NCBI RefSeq assembly: GCF_000143415.4
Contig: NW_003314264.1
Coordinates: 947,570 to 1,011,569 of the forward strand
Source of the DNA: Selaginella moellendorffii
Taxonomy: Eukaryota; Plantae; Lycopodiophyta
DNA: 64,000 bases
Direction of reading: 5' to 3'
In this document: positions 25,836-39,504 of the stretch, in pieces
How positions within the stretch are numbered: the first letter of the stretch is position 1
Layout: every line of letters starts with the position of its first letter
Translations under genes and position numbers: made by a program
Notes under the pieces: generated by a model
Told to the model about the DNA's origin: nothing
The model's database searches: none
Seen by the model: the letters and a program-made list of their open reading frames with translations, nothing else

Positions 25836-27423
25836 TTAGTCCCTTGAAAAAGAGCGTGAGTACCGTCTTGCAGCCATAACCGGGGACGGGCTGCCAAATA
25901 AGATATGGCTTCAGTAAACTAAAGAAAGAAAGCTCAGTGTACCTTCGACTTAAGGACCTTCGAGAACCATGCCCGTTGCCTTGTGGACTAGGACTTGGAC
26001 CACGGTCAGAGATTCCCGGTGATGGCCGATGCCGAGACCGCGTTTCTCTCCTGGGCGAGGGAGAACGGATATTGTTCTGGTGGTGGTGGTGGTGAGGGCT
26101 CGGGGACCTTCCGTATCGTTCGTGAGCATCCCTAAGGTACAAATTACAATCTCAAATCCATATCAGGAAGTCTGGATTTGAACGTTTACCTGGACGAGTG
26201 ATACCTTCGAGGCCGAGGCGACCGAGACCTCGAGCGAGCTACGTCAAACAAGAAAGCTCAGCTACAAAATGAGGATCATAATGTTCACTCACATCTGTAA
26301 CGCCGAGGAGATCTAGGCGGGCTTCTGCGATAACCTCCACCATAACGACCAGAGCTCCAGCTCCCACTCCGACTGAAAGAAAAAAAAGTTTAACAAGGCT
26401 TTATACTTTCACGAGGCGCACCTTGTCTTTATCCGCATCTCAGACGGTTTTTTTCTGTTTTCCTCGGCGAAAACAACAGTAATTTCTCGTCCGCCTAACA
26501 ACTGGTGATCCATATTAAACTTAGCGTCCGCTGCATCGCCCGGCTCTATGAACTGGACAAAACCAAAACCACGAGGTTCCCTGTAGCCCACATTATCCAC
26601 AAGCAAGCGTCAGTACACCACAAGGAGTTAATCACACCAAAAAATAAAAGATTGAAGAGGTTGCAAACAATATCACACGTTATGCAAAGACTCACCTATC
26701 ATAAGGCCTGCACAAGATTGTCTTGTGACCATACCTTACAATATAGGCGATCATTGCAACTGTCTTCAATCTTGGAAGGAGGAAAGGTATCACCCATCAT
26801 CAATCTTCAATGCACACAGGCTCATAGGAAACTTTGGCATACTTCAGAGAACTTCTAAGCCTCAGGGTCTTGGATCCAACGTCAAATGCAAAACTTCTAC
26901 CAAAACTCTCTTATCAGCCACTTCTCTTCAATCCTGTAGCACACTCGCAGACTTATTACGCCGGCATTGCAATACAGGGAGGGAGAATGGGAGGGAACAT
27001 TGAGATTTGAAAAAAATATAAAAATGAAGAAAGAAAGAAGAAGAAAAGGGACTTCCAACTACGAGACAACGAAGAGGAAATAACTAAAGAACTCGTCACG
27101 TACCCGGAATAATAATCTTTCGGGAGATAGACGTCCTTGACAGGCCCAAACTTCTCGAATGGCACACGAACTTCTTCGGGCCTGGAAAAAAGATTCCATC
27201 CGTCATCCATTCCCATCGAAACCCCTCGCAATCTATCGAAATCCCTTCGAAAAATCCCTCACCTGGCCTCGCGCGGGATGTTTCGGACGAGCAAGCTGCA
27301 AGGAGGAGAGCGGCGCCACTCGCGATCGCCGCGCCGCATTGGAGGATCATCGGCATACCTCCGTCGCCGCGGCCCAGGGCTGCGGCTTCTTGGGCTGTAG
27401 CTCCGGCTCCGGCTGCGCCCCAT
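25836..27423 (-). CDS. SCL: SC35-like (SCL subfamily) SR splicing factor
   Basis: N-terminal RS extension, RRM [53 protein letters not shown] and C-terminal RS/SP region. Long intron 26581-27103 lies in the RRM. Confidence 0.93.
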
Positions 27424-27536
27424 TGCGCTCGAGAAAACCCCGAGAAACACTAAAAACCCTGGTACTCAAACAAGAGAGGAGGAGGATATTCGCCCCTTAT
27501 CTAGTCTCAAAAACTATGTACATACATCCTTTAAAA

Positions 27537-28070
27537 CTAGGAGGATATATCTTTGTCTTCGTCCATGTCGGCTTGGCCGCCAGCGTCATCGTCTTCTTCC
27601 AGCTCTTGTTCTCGTTCTTGCTTCTCTTCTTCCATTTTTCTTGCGAGGATCACGGAGACCTGGGCACATTCTCACTGGTTTTAGCGATGATCTATGCAGT
27701 AGCAGCGGGGAATCGAGAAATTCTAGAGGAGCCATGGAAGAGATTTCCAAATGCATGGAATGCGAGTAGAAGAACTCACAGGAACAAATCGAATTGCTGG
27801 AGAGTTTAGCTGCTCCTCCGCGGCATCGTCTTTGCTCACTGCGCGTCAATCACACACGATCCAGCTCAGTCCGCAAGGAAATTGGGGCAAGAAACCTGAG
27901 ATCGGGCTCCATTTGTAGAGCAGGACCCTGGAGCTCGCATGCGTCGCCGAGGTAGTGACGATCGGCGCCCAGGACTTGCGCCATTTCCTCACCGGGCCCT
28001 GGAACACTACCGATCCGGGGCCGTGCCGCGTCGAGGATCTGCTGCCCATGCGCGTGCTTCCTCCCTCCAT
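27537..28070 (-). CDS. BDH: BCL7-domain homolog (plant SWI/SNF subunit BDH-like), 3 exons
   Basis: MEG..RMGSRSSTRHGPGSVVFQGPVRKWRKSW..LLYKWSP, then RFVP|VSVI and an acidic tail ending KDISS*. Confidence 0.75.
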
Positions 28071-28349
28071 CGCTATAAACCCTAACTCAAACACCCACAG
28101 CCGTCGGTTCTAGCTAGCGGAATGCGTGCTCCGCCGTTGGATCTCCTGGATACCGTTATGGAAAGATCCCGAAATTTCGGAATGTCCACCGTAATGTTCA
28201 TTCATTTTGAAATAGCCCTACTTCCCTCCTCTCTGGTTTCTTTGCTCAGCGGCGTGCTAGGGCATTGGCATTGGTGCTCTATGATCTCGCCAAGCTCGCC
28301 TTGAGATCTTTCGCCTTGGTCGCTCAGCACTGGATTAGTTCTTCCGGGA

Positions 28350-31300
28350 ATGAGGCTGCTCCGGCGGAAGATCAAGAAGACAGACGCCAATGGCAGGGTA
28401 GGGCTTGCTTTCCAGCTGAGAGATTTCTTGTGTTGTCTCAATATTTCGCTGGCAGATCGAGCTGGAGCGAGTCATTGGACTGACTGTGACGAATGCGAGC
28501 GGTCTAGCGACCAATGCAGCTACTGGCGAGGTCGCCTACATTGCTGGATGCGTGGTCGTGATCTACAACCCCAAGACGAACACGCAGTCGCGGTTTTTGA
28601 TCGCCAACAGGACTCCAAAGGCAGTGTCATGCGTCGCCTACTCTTACCACGGGGGAAAACTCGTCGCTGCTGGAGAGGTATTCATTCATTCACTCACTGG
28701 ATTTTTTTTTAACTTAGAAGCTCTTAATGGCTCATTAATTTCTTCCTTTCAGTCGGGGCACCAACCTGCTGTAATTATCTGGGATTCTATCAGTGGACAA
28801 TGCATGATCGAGCTCAAAACCCACAAGATTGGGATCTCTTGTGTCGAGTTTTCTCCCAATGGTACGCATGCATTTTTCTCAGCATGACAATCTAGGCTTA
28901 CTTATGTCTCCACAGGGAGGCACATTGTATCTGTTGGAGTTCCACACGACGGATTTCTCTGTCTCTGGGAATGGAGAAGCGGGACACTGCTTTCTAAAAC
29001 TCGAACGAGTACAGTCTCATCTCCTGTATCATCGGTCCACTATGCGTCCGACGGGAGCTTCTTCATAACAGCTGGTATCAAGCATCTCCGGCAATGGTCA
29101 GTAGTACAAGGCGGACGAGCTCGCCCGACGGCTGCAAACGGCTCCACACTCGAAGGCAAAGCTATCAACCTGGGCAGCCAGAAGGATGGTTCCTTCGTGT
29201 CGATATCGTCGTCGAAAGATCCAGCGGCGCAGTCTGCTAATATACATCCCATATACGTCCTGACAAATGCAGGTCTGTACCTCTTGGACATCGAAGTTGT
29301 TCTATGTTCTGACCACATCTTGTACAGGTATCTTGTGTCTTCTACACTTGGGAATAGCTGTCGAGAAGTGGGTCGATCTCAAGGTTTTTCCAATGCTTTA
29401 TATTCTGCTGTGGGTCTAAGATTATTTAACAGGTTCGCCGTGGCTTTGACTTGGCTGTGTCGGAAACACATGTAGCTTGCGCCTGTAGCGATGGAATCGT
29501 GAGATTGTTCGCGCTTGGGACTCTTGCATATGCTGCTACACTTCCACGGCCGGCACCATATGGATATCATGGGCTTACAGACTCCAACATGTGCACTGCT
29601 CTCTCTGTAGGCCGTGTGCATGGCATCAATTTTCCGGACGCTGTCGCCTGCTCTTTCATTGCCAGTGGTGACAGAATTGGTACTGATGGAGATGGATTCA
29701 TGGTCGGTGCTTTTCTAACGTGATGATTGATGCAGCTGTTGTCTATGGAGATCATAGTCTCTACGTATGGGACGTCCGCGATTTTTCTAAGGTCAGACAA
29801 TAATAGTTGAGAGCCCGATGCAGAAGTTCTAACGCGAGCTTCTTACTAGATTTCTCGATGTCGGACGTTCCTCGGTCACGCGAGTTGCATTTGGGATGTC
29901 ACCTCTGTTCCTCAGTTTCACGCTCTCAAGTCAAATGCTGGCAAGGAAAATGTCGTAGGCGGTGAATGCTTCGCGACATGCTCAGCGGATGGGAGTATTC
30001 GTTTGTGGAATGTTGGCCCGGATAAGGACGTATCTCAGGCAGTTGCTTCAAAATCAGCAAATGTTTATTGCAAAGACATTCTTGGAGTTCTATACACTGG
30101 TAAGCATTGTTTGCGAGCTTTAGCAGTTTTAAATCTAGCACGTTTCTCCTTGCAGATGTGAAGGACATCTTAAGGCCTTCTGAGCAGGATGTTGATTCTC
30201 AGGATTCTTCTCAAGGATTTCGAGCTATAAGCGTGAGCGCCGATGGGAAGTATTTGGCGTCAGGAGACCGCTCCGGCAACCTCCGTGTCTACGACCTGAT
30301 GACTTTTGAAATGGTTTCATTCCAGGTACTTTCGAATATTTGTTATGGTTTTCTGTTAGAGAATGTATTCTTAGTTGAATTCTTTTGTCTGCTTGATGTA
30401 GAGTACTTCCTATAATGGCTGATGATGGCTTACCCTATAGGTTTCATTGTGAACATCATGGTGGATCCGAGCAGGAAGCACATGACGCCGAAATTTTGTC
30501 GTTAAGCTTCAGTGCTGGATTTCAAACAAGATCGGAAGAACAAATGCCGCTTCTAGCATCTGGAGGAAGAGACCGTTTAGTTCACATGTACGACGTTAAT
30601 CGGTGAGTAAGTAAGTTTTCTTTCAGTATATTAAAATGAGAAGTATTTTTTATGACAGAAATTTTGAAGTCATAGAAACTTTGGATGATCATTCCGCGTC
30701 TATCACTGGAGTAAAGTTTGCTTGTGGAGGGACAAGATTACTTAGCTGCAGCGCCGATAAGTAACTGTTTAAGATGTTTTGTGTATATTTATTATCTGTT
30801 TTTTTTTTCAGATCAGTTGTTTTCCGTCACATTGAATCGAAGGACGGTTGCACAAGAAGTTCGCGCTATCATCAAGAAGTTGCTCTGCGTGGTACGATAT
30901 ACGACATGGATTTACATCCCAATGAGAAGTTCGTGGTCACGGCGGAACAGGTGTTACATATCAATTTTGTATACTCGTTTCTGATATTTAGCTGCTTCAG
31001 GACAAGAAAGTGAACATTCTGAATCTGACTACTGGAAAACCAGTGAGAAATATTAAACCTGAATCCGACTTCGGTGAACCAATCAAGGTAATGCATAATT
31101 TCAGGTTGGTCCTGGCTCATGTTTTCTTTCAGGTTAGAGTTGACCCTAGCGGCACCTTTGTACTATGTTCGCACTCGGATAAGTGTATAAGGCTTTATGA
31201 TTTTGCAAGCGGCGAATTACTAACGCATGCATCGGGACATGCTGAAGTAATTACTGGCATGTCTTGGCTACCCGACTGCAAGCATTTGATTTCAGTAAGT

Positions 31301-33640
31301 GTTTCGTGTTTCTTAATATTTCTTTCTATTGGGAGATTGATTTCAGGTCAGTGGTGACAGCTGCATTTTCATCTGGAAGCTTCCTCCAATCATGTCTCGG
31401 ACTATGAGAAGAAAATTGATCTCTCAAGCAGAAGCTCAACCGCCGCCAAGATATTTGAAGTCTGCACTGAAGCGGTCACAGATAGGTCGCTTGAGAACAA
31501 GCAAAACATCATTGATCAGGTTGTCCCTCGTGGATTCAGCTCAGGAAAACCCAGCACTTGCAACAAACGAGGAACCTTCTTTTAAATTCAGCGTCTCAAA
31601 GCTGCCATCTTGGGCGCAGTCGAAGGTGGAGGAAGAGAACAGTGAAAGCTCAAAAAGAACCAATGCGGATAATCCAGAAGAAAATGCTCAATCTGCAGAG
31701 TCACGATGGGTCGAGGTGCTGTATTTTGTTATGCTTCCATAGCTAACATGGCCAACTTTTGCAGAGAGTCGGAAATCACGGCTACAAGCTTGCAACGGAG
31801 GCGGGAGAAGAAACGCCTCCTGCAACCATTCATGTGAGCGGATTTGGTGCCCGCAGACGATTTTCAGTGGAAAATAGCGTAACAAATCAAGACAGCACGC
31901 CAGAAAGCTCATTAAACTCACAAACTGATGGGAGCCCCATGTCTAGTCCTAGAGACCCGCCAAGGTATATATGAGCTTTTCGTTTACCAAAACATTCTAA
32001 CTTCACTTATTTTGTAGGAAGGAGACGCAGTGGAAAACTGTGCACACTGTCTTTTTTGATGAAATGGACTTTTTGCCAGATACAGGTCACGGAGATGAGG
32101 CAGCTCACCATTTTGGTTCTAGAGTCATTACAACAACTTTTGCTTCGAGTGCGGAAGAACAGGAAGATGGTTTAGTTGTATGCCTTCCGGAATATGAAGG
32201 TCCGAAATGCGGAGGACTGGGCACTTTTGAAGAAACAGTTATGTCCACACCCAGAAAAGATGGTGGCAACCATGCTTTGGACAATGGGAAAAATGCCGGC
32301 GACCAGATTGTCGGCATAGACAGTGGGAGAGATGAAGTTAAAAACTGCAGTAGCTCGCCAATGGACTGTAATGTCTCTCCTGGCGACGACACTGATGGCT
32401 GGGACGAAAATTCTAGTCCACGCAGGGATCTTTTCAGTGCTCATTTCGACAAGCTCACATCGGCTGCCAAGGTAGAAAATGTGGAAAGCTCATTTTTACT
32501 CGTCTTAATACGCTTCTGGCAGGCTAACTCTTCAACTCGAAGTAGTCTATCTGCACGGTTTTTTGCTCGGACAACTAGAACACCTATTGTACAAAATCAG
32601 GATGCTCTATTAGAGGACGATGACGTCACTAGTAACCCAGGTTGCTTATTGGCAGCTGAGCGTGAGCGTCTGAAGCTTCAAGAGCGTCAGGTATGCTAGT
32701 ATCCCTGATAGATGTTGCTGAAAAAAGTCATGTTATCAGGATAAAATGGCTTCGGAGGTTCAACGCATGCGTGAACGTTTAGTAAATCTCGGGATGGCTG
32801 TGTGCGAAGGTGGCAAAGCCGAGAAGAGGCCTTTGGAAGATACCACTAACCAAAGCACTCCAACTAAGCACTTCAGCAGTAACAACTACGAACCAGAAGA
32901 AACAACACAACCAGATGATTATAAAATGCGTCCATTAGATGCACCCAAGAGACCTATGGTTGAAGCTGAGGATGTCTCTTGCGGAACTGCATCCACTATT
33001 GAGTCCGCTCCTTCATCTCCTGGAAACTTGGCTGATATGTGCACGAGTCCACAGAGTAAGATGTCAGCTTCACAAAACAGTTTTTCTAATGCTTAACTTC
33101 TCAGAAATGATGGAAGCTGTACCCGCATTTGGCGGATGCCTACCACGACCAAAGTGTGAATATGTTGCTGCTTTGGAAGATCTGGAACGGGCTGCTGAGC
33201 GAGCGACAAGCCTGTTTTCCGAGCTGCAAGAGTTTCCGGTGGACAACTTTGGCGTTTCGAACTTGGACTTGGCGGCAAGACTTACTCAGTCTTATCAAAG
33301 CGTACTCCCTGACGCTTTGCAGAAGATTCAGAACCTTGCAAACCAGCTATCTACTCGCGGTATTTTGACAGCCACTAGTGAAAGAGCAGCCGATACTCCA
33401 ACCTCAGACAACGGTGAGTGCTCTTGTACTACATTTCTATGCTTTACGTGCGGCTTTTGTTTCGTTCCAGGGCTTTTATCGAGGCCAAACACTGCTGCTT
33501 CACTTGGTGCTTCTGATGTAGCTCGTTCTTCAGTTGACATAGAAGGCCTTTTAGAGCGTTATTCAACCAGGTTCTCGGAGAATTTAGCACACCAAGTACT
33601 GGCGTTGGTGCAGAAGGGATTGGGCACTGAAACCAAGTGA
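28350..33640 (+). CDS. WD40-repeat protein, MAPKBP1/WDR62-like, many exons
   Basis: IGLTVTNASGLA, VAYIAGCVVVIYN, GHQPAVIIWD, LASGDRSGNLRVYDL, EAHDAEILSLSF, LASGGRDRLVHMYD, GHAEVITG and KLPSWAQ, separated by GT-AG introns. Confidence 0.9.
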
Positions 33641-35791
33641 AACATAGATTCTAGCCTGTAAGTTCGGTAGTACCATCGAACTGCTGAGTCGACGTTAACC
33701 GAAACTGATTGTCTTGTTCTGTTTCTGTTCTTCGAGGAAACCGTAGAGGTAGTTCGTCACTTATCAGTTTCGTTTTCTTGTTTTCGCAGGCCACAGCGTC
33801 TTCAGGAAGTACACTCCAGGTAAATCACCTTTTTCGATAATTTCTTGCTCCAACCTTGACTGACTTGGCAGATTCGATATGGGACCACATTTTTCACCTC
33901 AGCAACGAAAAACTAACGAGAGGTATAGACGAGACTTTGTTTTTTCTCACGCTTCACAGGTTGGTGGAGAAGCTTCTTTCGGAGATAACAAATGTGAAAG
34001 ACATCCCCGAGTGATATGCGCTCGAAGTTCTTGCCACGGACTCCAACTTTTCGCACAGGATGATTTCGTGTGCATACACTTTCAATATCGTGCAAGACTA
34101 AGAATGAAATGTAAGTATACCAAACTCGTGAGTCCTGGTTTTGTGTACGAGATGCATGGCAGACGGTTACAGGCTTTTTTCTGCAAGGAAAGACTGATTT
34201 TTCCATTTCTATACTTGCCTTCCATGGCGTTTGTGTGTGTGCCCCGCTCGTCGTGCTCCAAGTGCTTGTCTTTCTTTTCCTTTCTTTTTTGCTTCTGGCT
34301 TCCACTGTGTGTCTTCGTTGTTTTCCAGTGTTAACAGCTATTTACTGATCGCGATCGTTTCAGTGAGCCAAGTACGTGAAGAGGAATCGCTCTTTGGATC
34401 AAGCAAAGAAACTAGAGCTCCAACGAGCAGTGCTACTCACTTAAGCTACGATCTTTCAGTGGATTGGAGCATCAATTAGCCCGAGAAAGAGACACGGACA
34501 AAGAGCCCAAGAGGCTGTCCATGTGACGCGTTGACACCGCAGGAGAAGCGCTCGTTCTTTCAACTTAAACAAAGCGCGACACTACTACTAAGATAAGGAG
34601 GCGAGAAATCGAAGAGATCGAAGAAATCCAAAACAAAGAAATCGTCGCTCGGCTGCTCGCTGTTGGGTGGAAGATGATGTCAGGAAAGTTTGGTGTCTCT
34701 GGACGCTCGATTTTTTTCATTCCATCTCTCAAAAATTTCCTCGCGTTTTGTTTGTCCTTTGCGAGTGATATAGTCAATTGGACTGGAGAAAATCAAACAA
34801 GGAAACACAAGGAGGGAATCTTTTGGGCTGGAGAAGAATCTATCGCGTACAGAAGAAAGGAATCTCCGCATGGAGCGAGAGAGACATTTTTTACAAACCA
34901 TGGAGAGGGACAGGAAAAATCCCAAAAATCCCAATCCCATTGGTAGCGATTTTTCACCCCTCGGTAGGTTAAAAGGAAAAGAAGGGCAAGTTAAAGGCGC
35001 GCGTTTTCACTATTTACGGGGATCCGCTTTTTTGCCCCCGGACTTCACGCCCGCCTCTCCAATCCAGTTAGAGCTCTCGGGCTTTGCTCTGCGAATACCA
35101 TAGAATAGAAAGGGAAGGGCGCACTGGTATAATTTTCTCGCATAACACACAATCCACACACAGGGAGGCTCGAGCCTCTTGTTATTTTACTCGCAGAGGG
35201 GGCAGGGCTCATCGCACAGCGCAGCGCACAGGGTGTGGAGGCCCTACTTCTCGTTTTCTTCCATCCCTTTCTTTTCACTGTCCATCCGGCCGCCAGTGCC
35301 GCTGCCGCGATCGCCCCAGCTCCTCCTCGATCCAGGGATTCGCCCCGCGGCTTCTAGGGTTCGCATTCGCCAGTCCTGTGCGGCGGCGCCGTGCGGCGGA
35401 GCTGGGGTTTTGGCGATGCGGCCAGCGTAAGCACAATGTGGGTGTGATTCCAGGGAGTCTTGGCCGGGGTCGTGTCCGGCGTCGCCGGAGCTGGCGGCAT
35501 TGCTTGCTGACATTCGGGGAATGGTGGGATGGCTTCGTCGCCGGGATTATGGTAGATTTCCACGCGGTTTGGGGCGCAAATGCGTTGCCGTGAAGCAAGC
35601 CAGGGGTTTCTAGCTAGGGGCAGGGCGAGGTGTAGCTCGTTATGGCTTCCAGACGCTGCCACGGATCAAAGCCTCGCAGCTCCCAGCCCAGATTTTGTCA
35701 GCTCGATCCAAAGATTGGGTTGAATCGTGGGTGTCTATGATGGTGTAGTAGCTTGAGACTCACACACCAGGAGGAGGCGGCAAAGAGTGCA

Positions 35792-38700
35792 ATGAAGGTC
35801 TACTATGCTGGACCTTTCCAAGCTCGTTGGCTCCTCTGGAAACTTCTTCTTATTGAGGTACATGGTTTCTTCTCTCTTTCGTTTCTCCGCTTTGTTGGGC
35901 CGAGCTGACAGCTTGGTTTGTCACGTTTTCCAGGCTTTTTTTCTTCTCGGTTGGATTTCTGCCGCGTCGAGTAAGCTGGGTTATGGCGGGAAGCATCGGG
36001 AGGAGATTGGTGCCCCGCAGTCTCACTCGTGTATCCACGGGGAGATTTTAGAGCAGCGAAGGCGCTATGGATTGAAAGAGTACACAGTCACTCCGCAAAT
36101 GTATGGGCGCAACAACAAGGAAGCTGCGACGGGGCGGAGATTGATGAGCTTGGACGAGCTGAGCTTAGATGGGCGGCGACCAATCCGGATCTTCTTGAAT
36201 TACGACGCTGTTGGCCATTCGCCTGACAGAGACTGCAGAAAAGTCGGAGACATTGTCAAGGTGTGTTTTTTATATGCGAAAGAGGCCGTTTTTTATACGC
36301 GTTTTCTCCTGCAGCTTGGTGAGCCTCCTTCGGGTGACGGACACAAAGTGCCGTTCTGTAATTCCCGAGCCGATCCTCCTGTCTATGGCGATTGTTGGTA
36401 CAACTGCACAGTTGATGACATCTCCGGGGAGGATAAAAAGCAGCGCCTGCACGAGGTAAAGCATTCGATGTAAGTGGCTGTGTGTGAGCTCCCAACTTGA
36501 GCAGGCTCTTGGCGAAACTGCTTCATGGTTTAGAAGAACACTCTCGGTTGAGCCCGTGAAAGGACCTTTAAGGCTGAGTGGGTATTCAGCGTGTGGTCAG
36601 GATGGTGGCGTGCAATTGCCCCGGCAATATGTTGATGGTACGCGTTTACGCTTTTTCTTGCTTTTGAGTTCTTTACGAGCTTTGTCTTTCCAGAGGGTGT
36701 CTGGGAAGCCGATTTAGTTTTACTTGTCACGACGAGGCCTACCACTGGTAACACGCTAGCATGGGCAGTTGCGTGTGAACGCGATCAGTGGGGAAGAGCT
36801 ATTGCTGGTAGCATGCCTATTTTCCCGCTTGATGTTTTTAACGTTGTGCTTTTGTGAGCAGGTCATGTCAATGTTGCGCCGAGGCATTTGACTGCCGAGG
36901 CGGAAACTTTATTGTCTGCCACTTTGATTCACGAGGTTTGTGTCGTGTTTTTCCTGTCTTTAAGAAGCTTAACTGGGCCGTTTATTAGGTGATGCATGTT
37001 CTTGGGTTTGATCCTCATGCGTTCGCTCATTTTCGCGATGAGCGGAAACGCAGGAGAAGTGAGGTAATACAAATACAAAAGACTTGATCTTTAAACTTCT
37101 TTGTGATTGCAGGTGGTGGTCCAGTCTTACGATTCGAAGTTACAACGAGCTGTTACACGCGTTGTACTTCCCCGTGTAGTGATGCATTCTCGCCAACACT
37201 ACGGGGTATGGTTTCCTTTTCATGGTTCTAGTACTAAGTACAGACTTGTTACAGGCTTATTCCACTGAAATAGGCGGGTTGGAACTCGAAGATGGAGGAG
37301 GGAGGGGCACTGCAGGTATTTCTTTATGTTCGAGTAGTGATGGAATTTCGATTTTACTTTACGCTTTGCAGGCTCGCATTGGGAGAAACGGCTTCTTATG
37401 AATGAGATCATGACAGGCTCTGTCGATACTCGTTCAGTCGTCTCTGCTATGACACTAGCACTATTAGAAGATAGTGGCTGGTATCGCGCAAACTACAGCA
37501 TGGCAGAGCAGCTTGACTGGGGCCGAAGTCAAGGAGAAGCGTTTCTGACATCTCCGTGTAATCAGTGGAAGGGAGCGTACTTTTGTAACTCAACACACTC
37601 TTCAGGTTGTACATATAATAGAGAGGCCGAAGGCTACTGCCCAATAGTTAGATACTCGGGCGACCTTCCGAATTGGGCGCGCTACTTTTTGGAGCCCAAC
37701 AAAGGCAAGTGATCCAAGCTGCTCGGTTCCTTTTTTCTCATGGTTTCCTTGGTTTGCTTCTCAGGTGGACAATCTTCCTTGGCAGATTATTGTGCGTATT
37801 TTGTTGCCTATTCTGACGGTTCATGCACCGATGTCAACAGTGCTCGTGTACCTGATAAGATGCTTGGCGAAATGCGCGGGCATGATTCAAGGCAAATAGT
37901 CTTTTTTCTCCTTGGAATCTAATAATTCTGGATATATGTTTCAGATGCATGGCATCATCCCTTGTTCGAACGGGTTTTGTGAGAGGAACTTTGACTCAGG
38001 GGAATGGTTGTTACCAACACCGATGTGTAGGGGATAGATTGGAGGTGGGCATTTTATTCAAGAAGATATTTATATGGTTTGATATACCGTTTTATAGGTT
38101 GCGGTGGATAGCTTTTGGAAATCTTGTCCTCGGGAAGGTGGTCCCATTCAGTTTCCAAATTTCAATGGTACGAGTTGACTTGATGGTGTTGGTTGGTGCT
38201 TTAACGCTCCAAACTATGGCAGGAGAATTGATATGTCCAGCTTATTCGGAGCTGTGTGATGAGGTGCGCTCAATGCCTGGAGAGTGCCTTAATGGCTGTA
38301 ATCTTAATGGCGAGTGCATTCAAGGGAAATGCAGCTGCTTTCTTGGATATGACGGCGAGGACTGCGGCACAAGTAAGAAATGCCTCGTGCCTTCATCCTT
38401 GCCTCTTTTCTGACATTGATGGCTCTCAGGAACATGCCCGGATGGCTGTAGTAGTCACGGAACTTGCTCGTCATCTGGCGTCTGTGAATGCGAAACTGGA
38501 TATACAGGACTGGATTGCTCAACAGGTATAAAAGCTCTAGCTTTATGTAATGACAAAGAGTGTTCTTTAACTTCCCTTTTGCTTTGCAGCTAGCTGCGAC
38601 GAACAATGCAGTTTACATGGTGGTGTGTGTGACAATGGAGTGTGCGAGTTTAGATGCTCGGACTACGCCGGTTACACATGCCAAAACAGCAGTGCACTCA

Positions 38701-39504
38701 TTCCCAGTTTGTCCCTGTGTGGGGACGTACTGAGTGGCGATGCGCGTGGCCAGCATTGTGCACCCAGTGAAGCCAGCATCCTGCAACAATTGGAAGCAGC
38801 GGTTGTAATGCCCAACTACAACCGCCTCATACCAAACGGCCGATCGTTTCTCAACATGTTTGATAATGGCTACTGTGCTGCCGCGGCTCAGCGACTTGCA
38901 TGCTGGGTAAGGTTCCCAGCAATTCTTTTCGTTTGTGGCTGAGAGATCTCCTTTCCTTGTTCCTTTGGCTACACAGATATCAATCCAGAGATGCGATATG
39001 GATGGTGACAACAGACTTCGAGTCTGTCACTCGGCTTGCGAGTCATACAACAGCGCCTGTGGAGCCCGACTTGACTGCTCGGACCGAACGCTGTTCAGCG
39101 GCGAAGGCGACGGGGAGGGCATGTGTACAGGCGACGGAGCAGTCCGTCCATGGTGGGAACTTCACTTTCGGACGCTACTGCTCGCTGGCCTCCTCGTCAC
39201 CACAACCTGCTTCTTCTTCGGGGCAATTCGACACCTTTGCAAGGGCTGCCACTCGTGGAGGGCCGGATTGGACGACAACACCGGTGGTGCCAGCGGCTTC
39301 TACACCATCCTGGAAGACGACGTTTACAACTCCAGCAACAGGTTTACAAGCAAGACAACAGGTGCTATACTCTCAGCCGTGAGCAACCAATTCATTTGCC
39401 GGAGCTTTTGGACTTACCTCTCTCCATCGCAGCCGCCGCGATTTGGCACAGCAACAACAGCAAGCAACAGATCATTGGCACCAAGTGTTTGGGAGAATAG
39501 TTAG
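35792..39504 (+). CDS. Leishmanolysin-like (M8/invadolysin) zinc metallopeptidase with EGF-like repeats and C-terminal TM segment
   Basis: HE|VMH zinc motif across an intron (about 36930-36998), LELEDGGGRGT, SHWEKRLLMNEIMTG, TLALLEDSGWY and Cys-rich EGF repeats. The start codon is tentative. Confidence 0.92.

Noticed and set aside
35045-35662. Overlapping Arg/Pro/Ala-rich ORFs
   Set aside because: GC-rich promoter/5' UTR region of the peptidase gene, where stop-poor sequence gives ORFs in all frames.
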